A stretch of 64,000 bases of DNA from Yuukianura sp. NJ FZ-2021 (GCA_046563655.1 CM102290.1:12152001-12216000); one strand, 5' to 3'; counted from the stretch's first letter, positions 49,955 to 64,000 are shown. Notes: a model not told the origin generated them from the sequence alone. Made by a program: numbers and translations.

Positions 49955-52900
49955 TCAAAGCAGGCCTGATGCCGAGGTGAGGTTTAGGGCAAAGTGGGCT
50001 TGGATCTCCGCCTTTTTTCCAACGACCTTGACGGTGTACTGGCCCACGTCCGTTAGCGAGGCATTCAGTACTTGCAACTGGAATTTCGTTTTACTCAAAC
50101 TCGTAATTTGGTACTTGGCCGACTCTTCCAGGGCTTTCCCCTCCTTTTGCCACTCAACTGAAACAAAACAATAAAAGACACTAGTAAGTTAAAATGTCCA
50201 CTAAAACCGGAACAAAAAAATCAGTGAAGTGAGAGTTACCAGCTTGGGGCACTTTCTCGATGTCACAAGTGAAAGTGGCTGAATGACCCTCCTGAACTGT
50301 CACTGAGCGAGGGAATGTTTTAAAGGAAGGAGTCTTTACTTCTTCGTTTGGAACTGGGATACAAAGAGTCAAAAATTCAAATATGAGTGATCAGAATTTC
50401 TTTTTGGTAAAACCTGGGACTGCTTACCTACGACCACGAGTGAGCATGAACTGAATGCATCCCCAGCATCGTTGAATACTTCGCATGTGTACTGGCCTTG
50501 GTCTTCAGGGAATATTTCCGCGATTCTTAGTGTTCTTTGGTCACCAACGGCGTCATAGAGAAAGTCCTTGCTAGGTTTAATTTCTTTGTTATTGTGCAAC
50601 CAAACTACGTCAAACTTTGTAGAACCTGTAAAAAAAATAAATAAACCCAGTAATTAAATTTCGTTTGTTTAAATATAATGAAGAAATTATACAAATACTA
50701 GTCGAAAGGTTGATTACCTGCTACTTTACAGGCGAGCAAAACAGGCTCACCGTCGTTTACTACTTTTGATTCGAGGTGTTCTACTATTACAGGGGCATTT
50801 TCACCAGATTTTCCTTTCCCGCCTCCTCCGCTACCTTCACGTGCTGCAACATAAGTATACTTGGAAATGCATCAAATATAAGCACACCATTTTAGTAAAA
50901 TGTTAACAAACTTACGTATAACTGTGAGTTTACAAGAAGTATCTGTGGCCCCGACCGAATTAGTTGCTTTGCACTGATATGTTCCCTCATCTTCTGGAAA
51001 TATCTCTGAGATTGTGAGCGTGGCAACCCGGTTGCGGTACTTTAGGGATACGACATCAGAGGAGACTAGCGCTTCTCCATTTTTGGTCCACTCCACTGCA
51101 CATATAAGCGCAAAAAAGGGCAAATATTAAGCCAAACATCGAGAACCTTAAAAGCAATAGAATTATTCGTTTCTTACCGTGTGGTTCCGGGTCACCCTTG
51201 AACTCACAGGTCATTTCAAGGGATTCCCCGTCTTTGGCGGATGTGTCGTTGAGGTGCTTCAGAACTTCCGGAGCAGACATTGGCTCGTTCTCTGGTACTG
51301 TACAAATAATATGATCTCTCAGATTTTTCTGATAGCATAACGCAACTTGTCAAACTTACACTCAAGGTCCTTTGTTCCCGACCTTGACCTCGAGAGGCTC
51401 CCTGTGCTAAGCGTCTTTCCCAGGTATGGCCGAGCACTTCCATTTTGAAGCGGAGTTGACGGTTCAGTGGATCCAGTGGTCACCGGAGCCTAATATTTGT
51501 TTAAAAAAAGAGACATGAGAATTTTGCAATCAACTATCGAAAAACGATGTGAATATGATAATTTCAGGCTGATTTGCCATAAAAGAATATGTTACAACCT
51601 TCTGACTCCCATATGTAGGTGGAGACGGTTCTGGAGGAGGTTTCGACTTAGTAATTGTAGGTGTAGGTTTTGGTGTAGTTGTCCGATGATGGTCGTCAGG
51701 CACATATCGTCGATCTAAGATTCAGAAGAAATTGTTACAATTCATTCATAGCAAAAATCTGAAAATCAATTTATCACAAATGAAGTCGAGTCAGTCTGAC
51801 TCCTAGGACATGAAACTACAAGTTAAACTCCCTTTCTCCTTCAAACGCTGCGCTAAAAAACCGTTGATCGAAAGTACAAATTTGGGAATGCGCAGTGCAT
51901 TACTGTAACTACAAGGGGTGGAAGCGAGACAAGAGTACATAAAAGCGTTAAAAGTGTTTGCTAGACAGTTTGGACGTTTGAAGCAAAAACGACGGAGAGA
52001 GCCCTTTAAGGACTCAAATGCCCTTTACCTCCAGAATAAAGAATGTGATGAGCTAGACGAGCCTGCTCAGGCGTCTCATCTGATCCTGTACCAAAATTCA
52101 ATACTTCAAGTACACAATTACTTTTGAAATGTTTTGAAAAAAGCAAAAAAGAAGAAAGGGGTGTCAAAAGGAGCTCAAAACCTCAAAAAGTCAGAGAAGT
52201 TAGTACTGGTTGACTGCAATAATTAGTCTGTTTTTAGTGGAAAATGGCAAACTGGAATTCAAACATACCTCGCTGCTCTTTCTTTTATATCTCCTCTCTC
52301 GCAAGCAACTGAGCAGAAAGGATAGATGCGCAGCCTCAGTTCAGCTAAACAAATCGAACACTCTTTCCTTTGTCTCATAAGATGTGAATGTCTCTTTTTC
52401 AAGATGGAGGATGCAAGATGTGATGAGCTACAAGGAAGTGACATGCTCTGCGCTGTGATAACTTGATTGAAACAAGCATAAGGCAGTTGGAGATGCAGAT
52501 GTGATTAATTTAGGCAAGAAAGGCGGGTAAAACAAAGTTCCATTTCATTCCATTGCAACAGAGTAACAATTTGATCGGGGTCTGGATCGAGCTAAAATTC
52601 TATAATTTCTAATCCGAATTCTAGAAACACGAACCTATTCGGTAATTAATAATTAGGAAAAATTGACGGTTGTCAATTTGTCGTAGTTCGAAAGTCGATC
52701 ATCCAAACATGGATTTTGAGCACACAAACTACTTCTACACTCGGAAAGCATTTTTGGCGTGTGTTTTAGAGATAGTATGTGAATGAATGCCTGTCACCTT
52801 CTACTATTACAATACAGACGGTTTCATCTGTGCCATGAGGATTAGTCGCCACGCAGCGGTATTTCCCAGAATCTTCCGTTTTGCAGTCCAGAATTTCCAT

Positions 52901-55900
52901 AGTCACCACACCGTCACTGTGTGTCATGTTGTACTCATGCTTGCTCAATTCACGAGACCCGAGGTACCATTTGACCTAAATTGAATCGATGAATTGATTC
53001 ATCTTAACATTATGCAAGACATAAAGCTAGTATTCCTATAACTTACCGATGGTGTTGGATTACCACTGAGGCAACAAAGAAGTTTACATGAAGCTTCGTG
53101 ATACTGGACAACTCGGGGTCGAAGGTGAAATGTAAATGTAGGCGCAGACTCTCGTTCTTCCGTCCACAGTTTCCATTGAAGCGGTTTCCTTCGTCGCATA
53201 GGTTCTTCCTTCTTGTACGTTGGAATCTCCTTGGGTAGCGCTATATGAAACAGGAAAAATGCAAATTCAGTAGGACCAATAGTAAAAGATATTCAACATT
53301 AAAACTTCCGAAGCCATTTCAACTCAAAAATATTGAACTCACGTTGGACGTTGAGGAATACCACTTCTTCCCGGTAGCCATAGTGATTTTCAGCCCGGAT
53401 GACATACTCTCCACGATCTTCCAGCTTCGTCCGATTGATTACAAAAGTGTAGTCCTCACCCTGTGAAAGAAGAAAAGCAAAAGTTACCAAGTACATCATC
53501 AGTAGGATGCTGCCTTTATAGGCAACTCTTCTCACTTGATATCGCTTCATGAACTTGACGCTCTGCTTGAGCTCACTGTTATGGTGGTACCAGCTCAGCG
53601 TAGGCGTGGCAGTGGCAATAACTCTACAGGTAAACTTGGCACTTTGACCTTCGTATGTAAAAGTACTGCTAGGCTTAATAACAAATCTAGGAGCGGCTTG
53701 TCGACGATCTGAAAGTTCAAATACAACAACCATAAAAATTTAGTAAACACTGCTAGAATGAATCCCCTAGTAGCTGTGATGGTCATACCGAAGTAGGTGT
53801 CGTGTATTCGGTATTTCTCGATATGGAGTTTACGCAGGGATGAGTATTCGGCAGTGTGACCCAAAGGAAGCAGACAGTCGTCCCAGTATGGATACTTCTG
53901 TTTAATCTTGTTATGAAGGGAAATGAACCGACTGTTGTCAATTGGTGCTGATCGGCCGCTGTGATCTCCCGTCAACCATGCGTGGTCCAAACATTCGTGA
54001 GCTGTCATTCGTTTTCTGAAATCAAAATCACAATGGCCGTTTTAGTATTAGACAAGGATTTGGCATTAGAAAACAAAAGGAGTTATGTAACGGCTTGTAC
54101 TCTTTGTTTTTGACTAGAAGGCGCTTGATGAAGTCTCTGCCTTCTTCGGAAACATTTGCAAAGGCGTCTTCATCAAAGTCCCAGTCGCAAGCCTTGACGT
54201 TCTTGAGTGTCTCGATGTCATTTTCACCAGCAAACGGAGACAACCCACTCAAACTGCAATTGGAAAAGAACATAATAAAGAATTGCTCCATGGCTGAAGT
54301 TTTTGAAGTAGATGAAACTCAAAAGAAATTATGTTTGAACAATTCAGAAATGTTCCGTAATAAGCAATGTTCTTACAGAACGTAGGCCAAAACGCCGACA
54401 GCCCACATGTCTGTGTAGAATCCAACCGGCTCCCTTTCTACGATTTCAGGCGCTGCAAATTCTGCTGTCCCTGTCGATATTTTCACTACTTCGTTCGGAT
54501 CGAGTCGTGTAGCTAATCCGAAATCAATTAGCTTGACGTTGGTACTTGATTTGGTGTGGCACATTATATTTTCAGGCTTAATGTCTAAATACGAGCAATG
54601 AGAATTAGAGCATAATTAAATCTTCCTTTAGCATTATGAACCGAATTCCATCGTATCAATTAAAGTTTCACAATATTCGTACCTAGATGGATGATATTTC
54701 GTTCGTGCATGTGTTTCACAGCTTCGCAGATTTGTCGCATGTAATTGATGACTTCAGCTTCCGACATTTGATATCCTTCAGCTGTAATCCTCTCGAACAG
54801 TTCGCCACCAGAGAGGCTGAAATTAAACATTTAAAACATTTAGCGTAAAAGATCCGCATTATGTTACCCCTGACCTCGAGTTACTCACAATTCATAAATT
54901 AGGACCATTTCATCATCATCTTCGAAAGCGTCATGGAGGTTGATGAGCTTCGGGTGGTGCAGTTGATTCATTATGTCGATTTCGCGCCGAATCAATTCTT
55001 TCTCCAGAGCGTGAGAAACTGGAATGAACTTGGCAGCAAAAATATGACCACTACAAAATCAACAACAAAAATTAGAGTAGAAATTAATAGTTTTGATTTA
55101 TTAGTTGTATTTGTGCTCACGTCTTCTTTTCACGACATCGATGCACCACTCCAAATGCCCCGGTTCCAATTTCCTCCAAAATGTCGTAGTAGTCATAGAC
55201 GCTTGAAGTTTTAACATCCACCGGTTGTGGAACGTATTTGGAATAAACGGAAGAGACTACAACACACAAGTGAACTTTAGTTCAAAAATTCCCATGCCAG
55301 AAAACAGAAAGTACTGGAATAAACTACTGCTTGTTGTTACCATATTGGTCGTAGTCCTTGACCTTTTCGTCGCACCGACCTCGAATCTTTTTCCCAGTTG
55401 CGTCGACTACGGATTCGAAACAAGATTTTGAAAATATGAGCAATTGCTTAGTGAAAAACGTTTAAGTTACCTTCGTATTCTCTCTTCTGAAACTTCTTTT
55501 TGGATACATCTTTCGTTTCTGCAATTGGACTCACTTCAGATGGATCGCTGCGACCGTATATGTTCTGGAATTCAATTGATTACAATTTATTTTTAAAAAA
55601 ACTTCAAATATCAACTATTCGTTCCAAACTTAGTCTTACCTCGGCGTAGATTCTGTATTCGTACTGATGCCCTGGACTTAAGCCAGTGACTTGTATCGAG
55701 GTCAATCTTGTGGTTCCCACTCGTATCCAAGAGGTCATTGGATGTTCTCGCTTCTCTACCAAATAGGACGTTATGCTTGCACCGCCATCGTAACTAGGTG
55801 GTTGCCAATGAACAGCCATCGTATCAGTTCCAATGTTATCCACTGTTGGAAATCGTGGTGGTTCCGGTCGATCGCTGATTTGGATCTTAATAATAGCATT

Positions 55901-58900
55901 ATCCATTCCCAGCTCGTTCTCGGCGACAATGCTGTATGGCCCATTGTCAATTCTACTTGCATCCCGAATTGTAAGTACAGCATGTCGCTCCTTGACTTCA
56001 ACATTGTAGTGTCCACCAGATTCGATCTTCTCTCCCTCCTTCATCCACGTGATCTTCGGACGGGGAACTCCAGTAAACGGAATCTTGACGAGAACATTTT
56101 CGCCTTTGTCAAAGTAGGCCGTGTCACGGAACCTTGGTGGGACATGCAGTTTGGGTGGACACATGATCACGAGTTCTGCTCGAGTGGACTTCGCTCCTGC
56201 CTTGTTCACGGCTCTGCAAATGTATTCGTCAGCATCTTCTCCATAAACGTCGTAAACAGTGAGGATATAGGTGTCACCATCCTGGGAAATATTATACTTT
56301 CCGCCATGGGCAATATCGCGTGCTCCCTTATACCATGTGACAGTTGGTTTCGGTTGTCCCAAGATCTTGCAAGTGAAAGTTGCGTTCTTTCCTTCTGTAG
56401 CCATCGCATTCTTGAGTGGCACGACGATTTCTGGCGGTGTAGCAGCATGTGGATCTACGACTTTGATAGAAGCCGAGGACGGAGATGGTGGAGAAAGACC
56501 AGCCAAATTCTGTGCATGAATTCTGAATTCATAGCTCCTTCCCTCGATCAAATTGCTGACATTGAATTGATTCGTAAGCGAAATCGCTGCATTGACTCGT
56601 TGCCAGCTCACCGTTCCCACTTCTCTCTTGTCCACCCAATAACCTTGAATTCTAGAACCGCCATCATCTTCTGGTTTCTCCCATTCCAGATGAACAAAGT
56701 CGCTTCCCACTTCAGTAATTTTGGGAGCACCAGGAGCAGAAGGAGGATTGAACGGTGCCTTGGCTTTGATGGGATTCAAGCCGTTGAGAGGTGGTCCCAT
56801 TCCGTTGTCATTGCAAGCCATAACACGGAACATGTATTCTTGATTTTCCGTCAATCCTTGGACAACCCATGTCAAATCCTTAACTTGAGATGCTACAACT
56901 AGCCAGTGGTTGCTACTCACATCTCTTCTTTCGACAACGTAGTGAGTGATCTTCAAACCACCGTCATATGAAGGAGGTCTCCACTTGAGGGTGCAAGTAT
57001 GTTTGGAGATGTCTGACATTTCCAATGGGCCTTGTGGCGCCGACGGAAGTCCGGTGATGTGAACCGTCAAAGATGCAGATACGCTTCCACTGTCATTAGA
57101 AATACGGATCGTGTATTCTCCAGCATCTTCCTTGATAATATCCTTGATGTAAATGACGAGATAGTCGTCAAAAATGGTTATCTTGAGGTGACTGGTATCC
57201 GATATTTCTGTTCCATCTTTGAACAATTTGATAACCATTGGTTGATCTCCAGAGAAGTGGATCTTAATCTTCGTATTTTCTCCTTCTGGCAAGAACAACT
57301 CATTCGGACATCGGTCAATTCTAGGTGGAGTACCAATACGGACACGAGCTGAGGTGTAAGTGTGTCCGAGCGGATTAGAGGCTTGACAAGTGTAGTCTCC
57401 CTCGTCGCCATCTTGAAGGTCTGTAATTATGAGACGATACTTGCCAGCATCCACTTCTTGTCGAATTCTAACGCTGAATTGGATTTCACGTCCATTCTTG
57501 AGCCAGCGAGGCGTAGGAAGAGGTTTACCAGTAGCCTCACATTCAAGAACGAGTTGTTTACCGCGTGGAAGAGAAGTATTTGTAAGGTGTTTGATGAATT
57601 CTGGACTTTCTCCGCCAACTATTTCCTGGATCTTGACAGGAGAAGTGCAACTGGAGTAATCGCTCTTGCCAGCAGCATTAACGGCACACACCCTGAATTC
57701 ATATTCTCGTTCACTCAATCCAGAAATCGTCATGTTTGTATCCGTAGCATTGTACTCGTGGCATCGATACCAAGTACCAGATCCAATCTCACGGCGTTCA
57801 ACAATGTAACCTAAAGCATAGATAACAAAAATTAGCATAATGTAAATCAATAACTCGTTCAAAAACAGAACTAACTTTGGAAAATGATTGTATCCAGACT
57901 AACCAGTAATTCTGGAACCACCATCGCTGACTGGTACTCCCCAAACCAAATCTGCATAACCACGCCCAACTTTGACAACTTGTGGTTGACTCGGTGGAGA
58001 AGGAACTCCAAACTTTCCACGCATCTTGAAGTGAGTCGATGGAGGAGAAGGCTTGCTAAAACCAGCTATATTCTTCGCTCGAATTCTAAACTCATATTCA
58101 TGTCCTTCAATCAGATTATGTACTGGGGCAGTAGTTTCCTTGACCAAGTAGTCGTTCACTGCTCTCCAGTCCGTATCTTCTGCTACATCTCGCATCTCAA
58201 TCTTGTATCCTTGCAGCTTAGCTCCATCTAGCGACACGGTGTAGGGTTTGTCCCAAGTGAGTGTAGCTGAATTTGCGTCCCAATCGATGACTCTTGGTTG
58301 ACCTGGTGGTTCAGGTACTGCAAATGGAAACTTGGCTGTTATGGGTTCATCGGATTCCAGTGGAGCACTGATTCCATACTGATTTTCAGCTCTGACACGG
58401 AACAGGTATTTCTTGTGTGGTTCCAGACCCATTACATCGTAGGTACAATTCCTCACAAAACTTGATACTTTCACCCAATCCCCATCCAAAAGTTTCTTTT
58501 CCAAAATGTAATTGGTGATTGGAGATCCGCCTATTCAAAAAGAAAACGTTCATGCATCATGTTAACTTAAATTATTGTAAAACTGAGCTCATTCAGTTAA
58601 GTACTATATGCTTACCGTCATCCAGTGGTGGTTTCCATGTCAAAGTACACGTCTCCTCGGTAATGTCGCTTGGTACAATTGGTCCAACTGGTGGTCCAGG
58701 TTTATCCACAACCAGTACACGGCATGAGGCAGAGTCAGATCCTTCTGAGTTAGCCAAATGGATAGTGTATTTTCCAGTATCGCTTCTTCGAGCGCATTTG
58801 TTCAAAAACGCAGTGGAGCCAGATTTAGTGTCAAACTTGATTCGATCATCTGAAAATACTTCTTCCGAGTTGATGGTCCAAGTCACCTTTGGCAAAGGAC

Positions 58901-61900
58901 TGCCAATGAATGGTACAGTGATAGAAAACTCTTCTCCTGCGATGACCGTCATGTCGCGAATGATCAAATCACTCGTAATCTTTGGAGCACACGATGGTGG
59001 TTGGCAAAGGATCATGTCCGAATTGGAGCTGTAAGCTCCTTGCCCTGCAGCATTGACAGCAGCCACTCGGAATTCATATTCTTTTCCATCATGGAGGTTA
59101 ATGACTCTGTAGGATAAGTCAGGAACTAGTTGATGGGAAGCTCGAGTCCATACGTCTTCACCCTTCATTCGTTTCTCCACGACATATCCACTGATAGACG
59201 AGCCACCATCGTTCCTAGGTTTGGTCCAAGTGATGGTGATGGAGTCCTCAGTAGTCTCAATTGATCTTGGAACTCCTGGTGGGCCTGGAACATCAAACGG
59301 ATGACGAGCTCTAATAGGTTCCGTTGTAACTGCAGGATCCGACACGCCGTATTGATTTTCAGCGACAACTCTGAAGTTGTAATCTCGTCCAATAGTAAGA
59401 TTCCGGACACGGCAATACGGTGTCGTAACGTAGCTGCTGACCTTTATCCAATTTTGACTACCAACTTCGCATCGTTCCACAGCATAGTTGGAAATTTCAC
59501 CACCTCCATCATTCTTGGGTGGTCGCCAGGACAGAGTAAGTGCATCACCAGCAAATTCGTCTGCTCTGAGATCTTGAGGCGGCGAAGGTCGGTCAAGAAC
59601 TCGGACATTGAGCGAAGCAGTGTCATAACCTGATGGATTCTTCACGTGGAGCTTGTAAGTTCCCGAGTCGCTCAGCTTCGAGTTCTTGACGACGATACTG
59701 GCGTAGTCATCCCCAGTTTGTTGAAAGATCCGAGCATCAGAGTCGTCCAAAATAGTGTCGTTGGCAAACCAATTGGCCGTAGGTTTGGGGAATGCAATAA
59801 ATGGAATGCTGATAGAAAAGTCTTCTCCAGCTCGCACAGTGATATCACGAATAGCGCCGAGATCCAGCTTGGGCTTATTTGGTTGCTCTTCAACTAAAAT
59901 GTTACCCGAAGGACGACTTGGGGCTCCCCGCCCAACGTCATTGACTGCCAAAACACGAAGTTGGTACTCTTCTCCTTCCTTGAGGTTTGGTACGGTCAAA
60001 GTTGTTCCTGGATGTGGGTAATCATTGACATCTACCCAGTCCTTGTCGTCTTTGCCCTTCTTTTGCAGAATATATCCACGGATCTTGGCTCCTCCGTCGG
60101 ATGCTGGTGGTTTCCAGCTAGCTGTGATTGAATCTCGAGTTACACGATCAGGTCTTGGTGGTTCTGGTGCTCCTGGTGCAAACCGTTGAACTCCAGCAGT
60201 GATTTGAACTGAAGGTTTCGATGGTGGGCCCTCACCGGCTTCAGAGGCGGCACTAACCCTGAATTCGTATTTCATGCCTTCGTGAAGACCTTGGACAGTC
60301 ATTGAAGTATTTGGAGTTGGGAAATTGTTCACGCGAACCCATTCACCGCCACGGTCTCTCTTCTCGATAAAGTATCCTGTAAAAACAAAAACAAATGTAA
60401 ATACTGGCAGTACACTGGGGAAAAATATTATTGCAAAGTCTTACCAGTGATTGGCTTGCTGCTGGCCGGTGGTTTCCAAGCCAGAGAAGCAGAGTTAGGC
60501 GTGTAGGAGAGAATTTCTGGCGGGTCAGGTTCTTGCGGAGGGTCAAATGGACTCTTGGCCAAAATCGGTCCACTCTCAAGAGGTTCCGATAGACCATATA
60601 TGTTTTCAGCTTGTAGGCGGAAGACGTATTTCTTTTCTGGTTCCAATCCACGTACAGTGAATTCGTTCTTAGGAATATAGCCTGGAACTGGTTTCCAGTC
60701 ATTAGTGCCATATTCACATTTCTCCAAAACATAGCCGCTGATTTCAGCTCCCCCGTTGTCTTCAGGTTCGTTCCATGCCAAAGTAATTGATTCTCCTGTA
60801 ATCTTGGTTGGATGGAAATTGCTTGGTTTTCCGGGCTTGTCGACAACAATAACTTCAAAATCAGCCTTATCGGATCCAAAATCATTTGTAGCTGTAATCG
60901 TGTACTTGCCAGAGTCGTCCCGGACAGATGAAGCAACATGAAGTTTTGTCATGGAACTGGTAGTGTCACTGGAAACTCGGTTGGACAACGGGAGTTTCTT
61001 ATCATCTTTTGTCCAGGCGACAGTTGGAATCGGAGCTCCAGAAAGAGGTATGTCGATGTGAATGGGTTCTCCTGCTCTAACTTTGATTCTTCTGCCCAAC
61101 AGGCCGTCAAGGTTAAGTTTCGGTGGTTCCTTCATAGGCCTAGCAGTGATAGGAACGGAAGTGTCACTAGGCTTTCCAACACCAGCGGCATTGACAGCAG
61201 ACACTCTGTATTCGTATTGGTGCCCATCGCTGACCTTGTCATCTGTAAATTCAGTATTTCGTACAGGTTCCTTGTTGACTTTGATCCACCGTGGATTGTT
61301 CAAATCTCGTCGCTCAATTTCATATCCAATAATTGGAGATCCGCCATTGCTAATTGGTGGTGTGAATTTGATCTTAATGTGATCCTTATCCGTGTCAACA
61401 GCTTCCGGTCTGCCTGGTCTTCCCGGTACATCAAATTGATTCTTAGCAATAATGGGTTTGTCCGTTGTAACTGGTTCAGAGCGTCCTTGTAGATTGACAG
61501 CAAATACTCTAAATTCATATTGTGTCCCCTCAGTAAGTCTTGGTACTACTGCATGTGTATTTCGTGGGTCCACAAAGTTGACAGCCGGAACCCAGCCACC
61601 GCCGTGGGCACTCTTCTTTTCAATTGCGTATGACACCAGCTCGGAGCCACCGTCATCCTTCGGCTTCTTCCAGGAAAGAGTCACGCTCTGTGCAGTAACT
61701 TCTTCGTAGTTCAAGTCTTGAGGTGGTGAAGGCACGTCCAATACCGTCAATTTGAATGATCCCTCGTCCGCTCCGTGTTCATTCTTAATTCGGAGTGTAT
61801 ACTCTCCAGAGTCGGATCGCTTTGCGTCCACTGCATGTAGGATGGTATGATTGGACAGAACGGATATAGTTGTCCTGGCGTCAATTGCCACTGGCTTTCC

Positions 61901-64000
61901 ATTGAGCGTCCATGTGCATTCGGGTTCTGGAGCTCCGACAAAGTTGACGACAGAGTGGAAGACTTGTCCACGGCGAATAGTGACATCGTTCATTGGACTG
62001 GTAATTCTTGGAGCAAGGCGTCTTGGACGACACATGACCATTTCAGAAGGAGCACTGGGTTCGCTCTGCCCTGCAGCGTTGATTGCAATAACCCTGAACT
62101 CATATTCCTGGTTCTCAATGAGGTCATCCACTGTTCCGTGCGTTTGGTTAGCTGGAACTTGAGCTGCATTTACCCAGTACGGACTTCCCTTCTCCTTCCG
62201 TTGGATGATGTAGCCTGAAAGTAGAATAGTTTGTATAATCCCTCGGTTTTAAAACATAATTCCAACCCAAACACTAAAATATCAAATCACGAAGTATCCA
62301 AATTCTAAACCAGAAAAAATTCTGTAAGATTGTTTTATGGGGGGATATTTGCTTATTCATGTGAGAAATTTTTCCACATTAGAAATTTCTAGAGAACAAC
62401 GGGCTATTCCTAACGTAGAAAATAGTGAGACCCAATTCTTAATGCAAAAATTCCAGACAAATAATTACTAAGGCAGAAATTCCAGACGAAGAAAGTTGGA
62501 GTCGTTCATTCTAAATCATACCTCTAGAACCAGGTAGGATTTGGAATTCCCACCTAAAAATTTTCACATTAGAAATCAACTAATTTACGTTAGTGTCAGG
62601 ATTTTCTGCATTAGAAATTGACTGTCAGGATTTTCTGCATTAGGAATTGGACCTGACGATTTTTTGAGTTAAGAATAGCCTGCTGTTTAGTAATTTCTAA
62701 TGTAGAAACATTGTTGACGTTAATTAGCACATCTCCCCCCATATTGTTTATCGCAAGACTTACTTACAAGTACGAACGTCTGTGCTTCATGCACTGGTTG
62801 TTTGCCAAAATATTGTCGAAGCTACTTTGTAGAGGTTAGAATAAACAGCACTCACACAATAATTGTTAGAAGGTTAGTGATTTTTAGGACATGGTATTTG
62901 GACTTGCCGCTGAGTGGAGCTCCTCCATCACTCTTTGGAGGTTTCCATTCCAGATCTGAAAAGGTAAGAAAAACAATTCGTAAAAAACGCCTACAAACAA
63001 AAAGATTCAAGTAATGCCCCAATTAGTGCTTGCGTACCAACTCTGTTTTTGTCCCAGTCGGTAACGAGTGGTCTGCCTGGCTGTGTTGGTTCATCAAATG
63101 GATTCTTCGCCACAGTGGGCAAAGATGTCAGTGGTTCTGATTCTCCAATATTGTTTTTCGCTCTTACGCGAAACAAGTATTCTTTCTTGTGAATTAGTTT
63201 CGGTACCTCAGCCGTACATGTCGTCGAGATACACGCTTCTGTCCAAGTACCTCTCGAGGTATCCATCTTCTCAATGACGTAACCTATAAAAAAATCAATA
63301 CACATTGAATGCAACGTATTTCACTACTCAAGAACTACATCGTACGCCCTTGAAGAAAAAACAATCTTTTTTGTGAAATTAGAAGTTATGATAGATAACT
63401 TACATTGTATTGGTGAGCCACCGTCGTCTTGTGGTGGGTTCCAAGACAGTCTGGCGCTATCCTTCGTTACATCCGATACATTCAAGGATTCGGGTACACT
63501 CGGCCTGTCAACGACTGTCACATTGGCAGAACCGGAGACTGTTCCTAGATCATTCTCCAAAGTCAGCACATAACGACCCGTGTCACCTCTGGCAGCCATC
63601 GGAATTTCCAGTGCCGCAATTGAGCCAACTGTGGAGACATCAGCTCGATCTCCAGGTTCCACTTTTTTACCCTCAATCGTCCATGTTGCCTTAGGCGGTG
63701 GTGAGCCTGAAATGGGCACTGCAAAACTAATCTTCTGCCCTGCTCGTACCACCAAGTCTTCGAGGAAGGATCTGTCAAGATGTGGACCAAGAAATCGTGG
63801 CTTGACGACGATTGGTTTAGAAGCGTCTGATGGATCAGATGGTCCAGCCTTATTTTTCGCAATAACACGAAACTCGTATTCTTCATTTTCTGTCAAATTT
63901 GGTACAGTGGCCTTTGGAATCTTCCCAGGGACTTCCAATGCTTTCGTCCATTGTCCCAACTTCGGTCGCTTCTCGATTATGTAGCCTTCAATTGGAATTC
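49955..64000 (-). CDS. bt: Projectin/twitchin (titin-family giant muscle kinase), 3' portion; gene continues beyond the window end
   Basis: 28 phase-consistent exons: 63404-64000, 63038-63283, 62908-62955, 60445-62214, 58616-60376, 57904-58530, 55640-57810, 55471-55564, 55341-55406, 55121-55256, 54889-55050, 54683-54816, 54377-54584, 54101-54253, 53789-54015, 53536-53708, 53343-53460, 53047-53240, 52798-52975, 52029-52085, 51599-51714, 51360-51489, 51178-51297, 50916-51095, 50718-50843, 50428-50625, 50240-50353, 49955-50157. Fn3-Fn3-Ig repeats (WxPPxxDGGSxIxGY), a kinase and five terminal Ig domains give the twitchin/projectin architecture. Stop TGA at 49957-49955. Confidence 0.96.
53789..55256 (-). 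CDS. bt: Projectin Ser/Thr kinase domain exons (catalytic motifs intact)
   Basis: EIGTGAFGVV glycine loop, FAAKF lysine, HLDIKPEN (Asp codon split by an intron), DFG and GTAEFAAPE, followed by the regulatory tail region. Confidence 0.95.
62339..62740. mobile_element. Degenerate MITE in a projectin intron
   Basis: ~75-bp imperfect TIRs GGGGGGATATTTGCTTATT...CATTAGAAATT...GGCTATTCCTAAC versus GTTAAGAATAGCC...AATTTCTAATG...AATTAGCACATCTCCCCCC; ATTGTTT in both flanks; internal short duplication TGTCAGGATTTTCTGCATTAG. Confidence 0.75.

Noticed and set aside
55691..63984. Long plus-strand ORFs (e.g. 55691-56902, 403 aa)
   Set aside because: Antisense shadows of projectin coding exons with no recognisable protein features.
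1..64000. tRNA, rRNA or autonomous transposase/reverse transcriptase genes
   Set aside because: None recognised by eye; small RNA genes cannot be excluded without covariance-model searches.

Overview
This is eukaryotic DNA from an arthropod (hexapod-like: projectin, insect-type ephrin, mostly 60-110 nt spliceosomal introns); the species cannot be determined from the window. Three protein-coding genes can be reconstructed by hand. (1) A complete six-exon ephrin gene on + (CDS 5094-44262, 360 aa) with very large introns of 24.9 kb and 12.4 kb and a GPI-type C-terminus. (2) A three-exon DNAL4-like axonemal dynein light chain on + (45291-45886) with an acidic N-terminal extension. (3) The 3' part of projectin/twitchin (bent) on - (64000 to 49955: Ig/Fn3 repeats, intact kinase, five C-terminal Ig domains). 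Between the convergent DNAL4 and projectin 3' ends is a ~3.4 kb array of near-identical 318-bp units, each made of two diverged inverted halves. Introns hold several MITEs and degenerate minisatellites. The most notable leads are a candidate 52-nt ephrin cassette exon that would switch into a long alternative reading frame lacking the GPI signal, the palindromic array, strong GGGCCC enrichment in the ephrin introns, a triplicated splice donor, a GC-AG intron and a candidate truncating exon in projectin. All gene models are hand-derived and unverified by transcripts.
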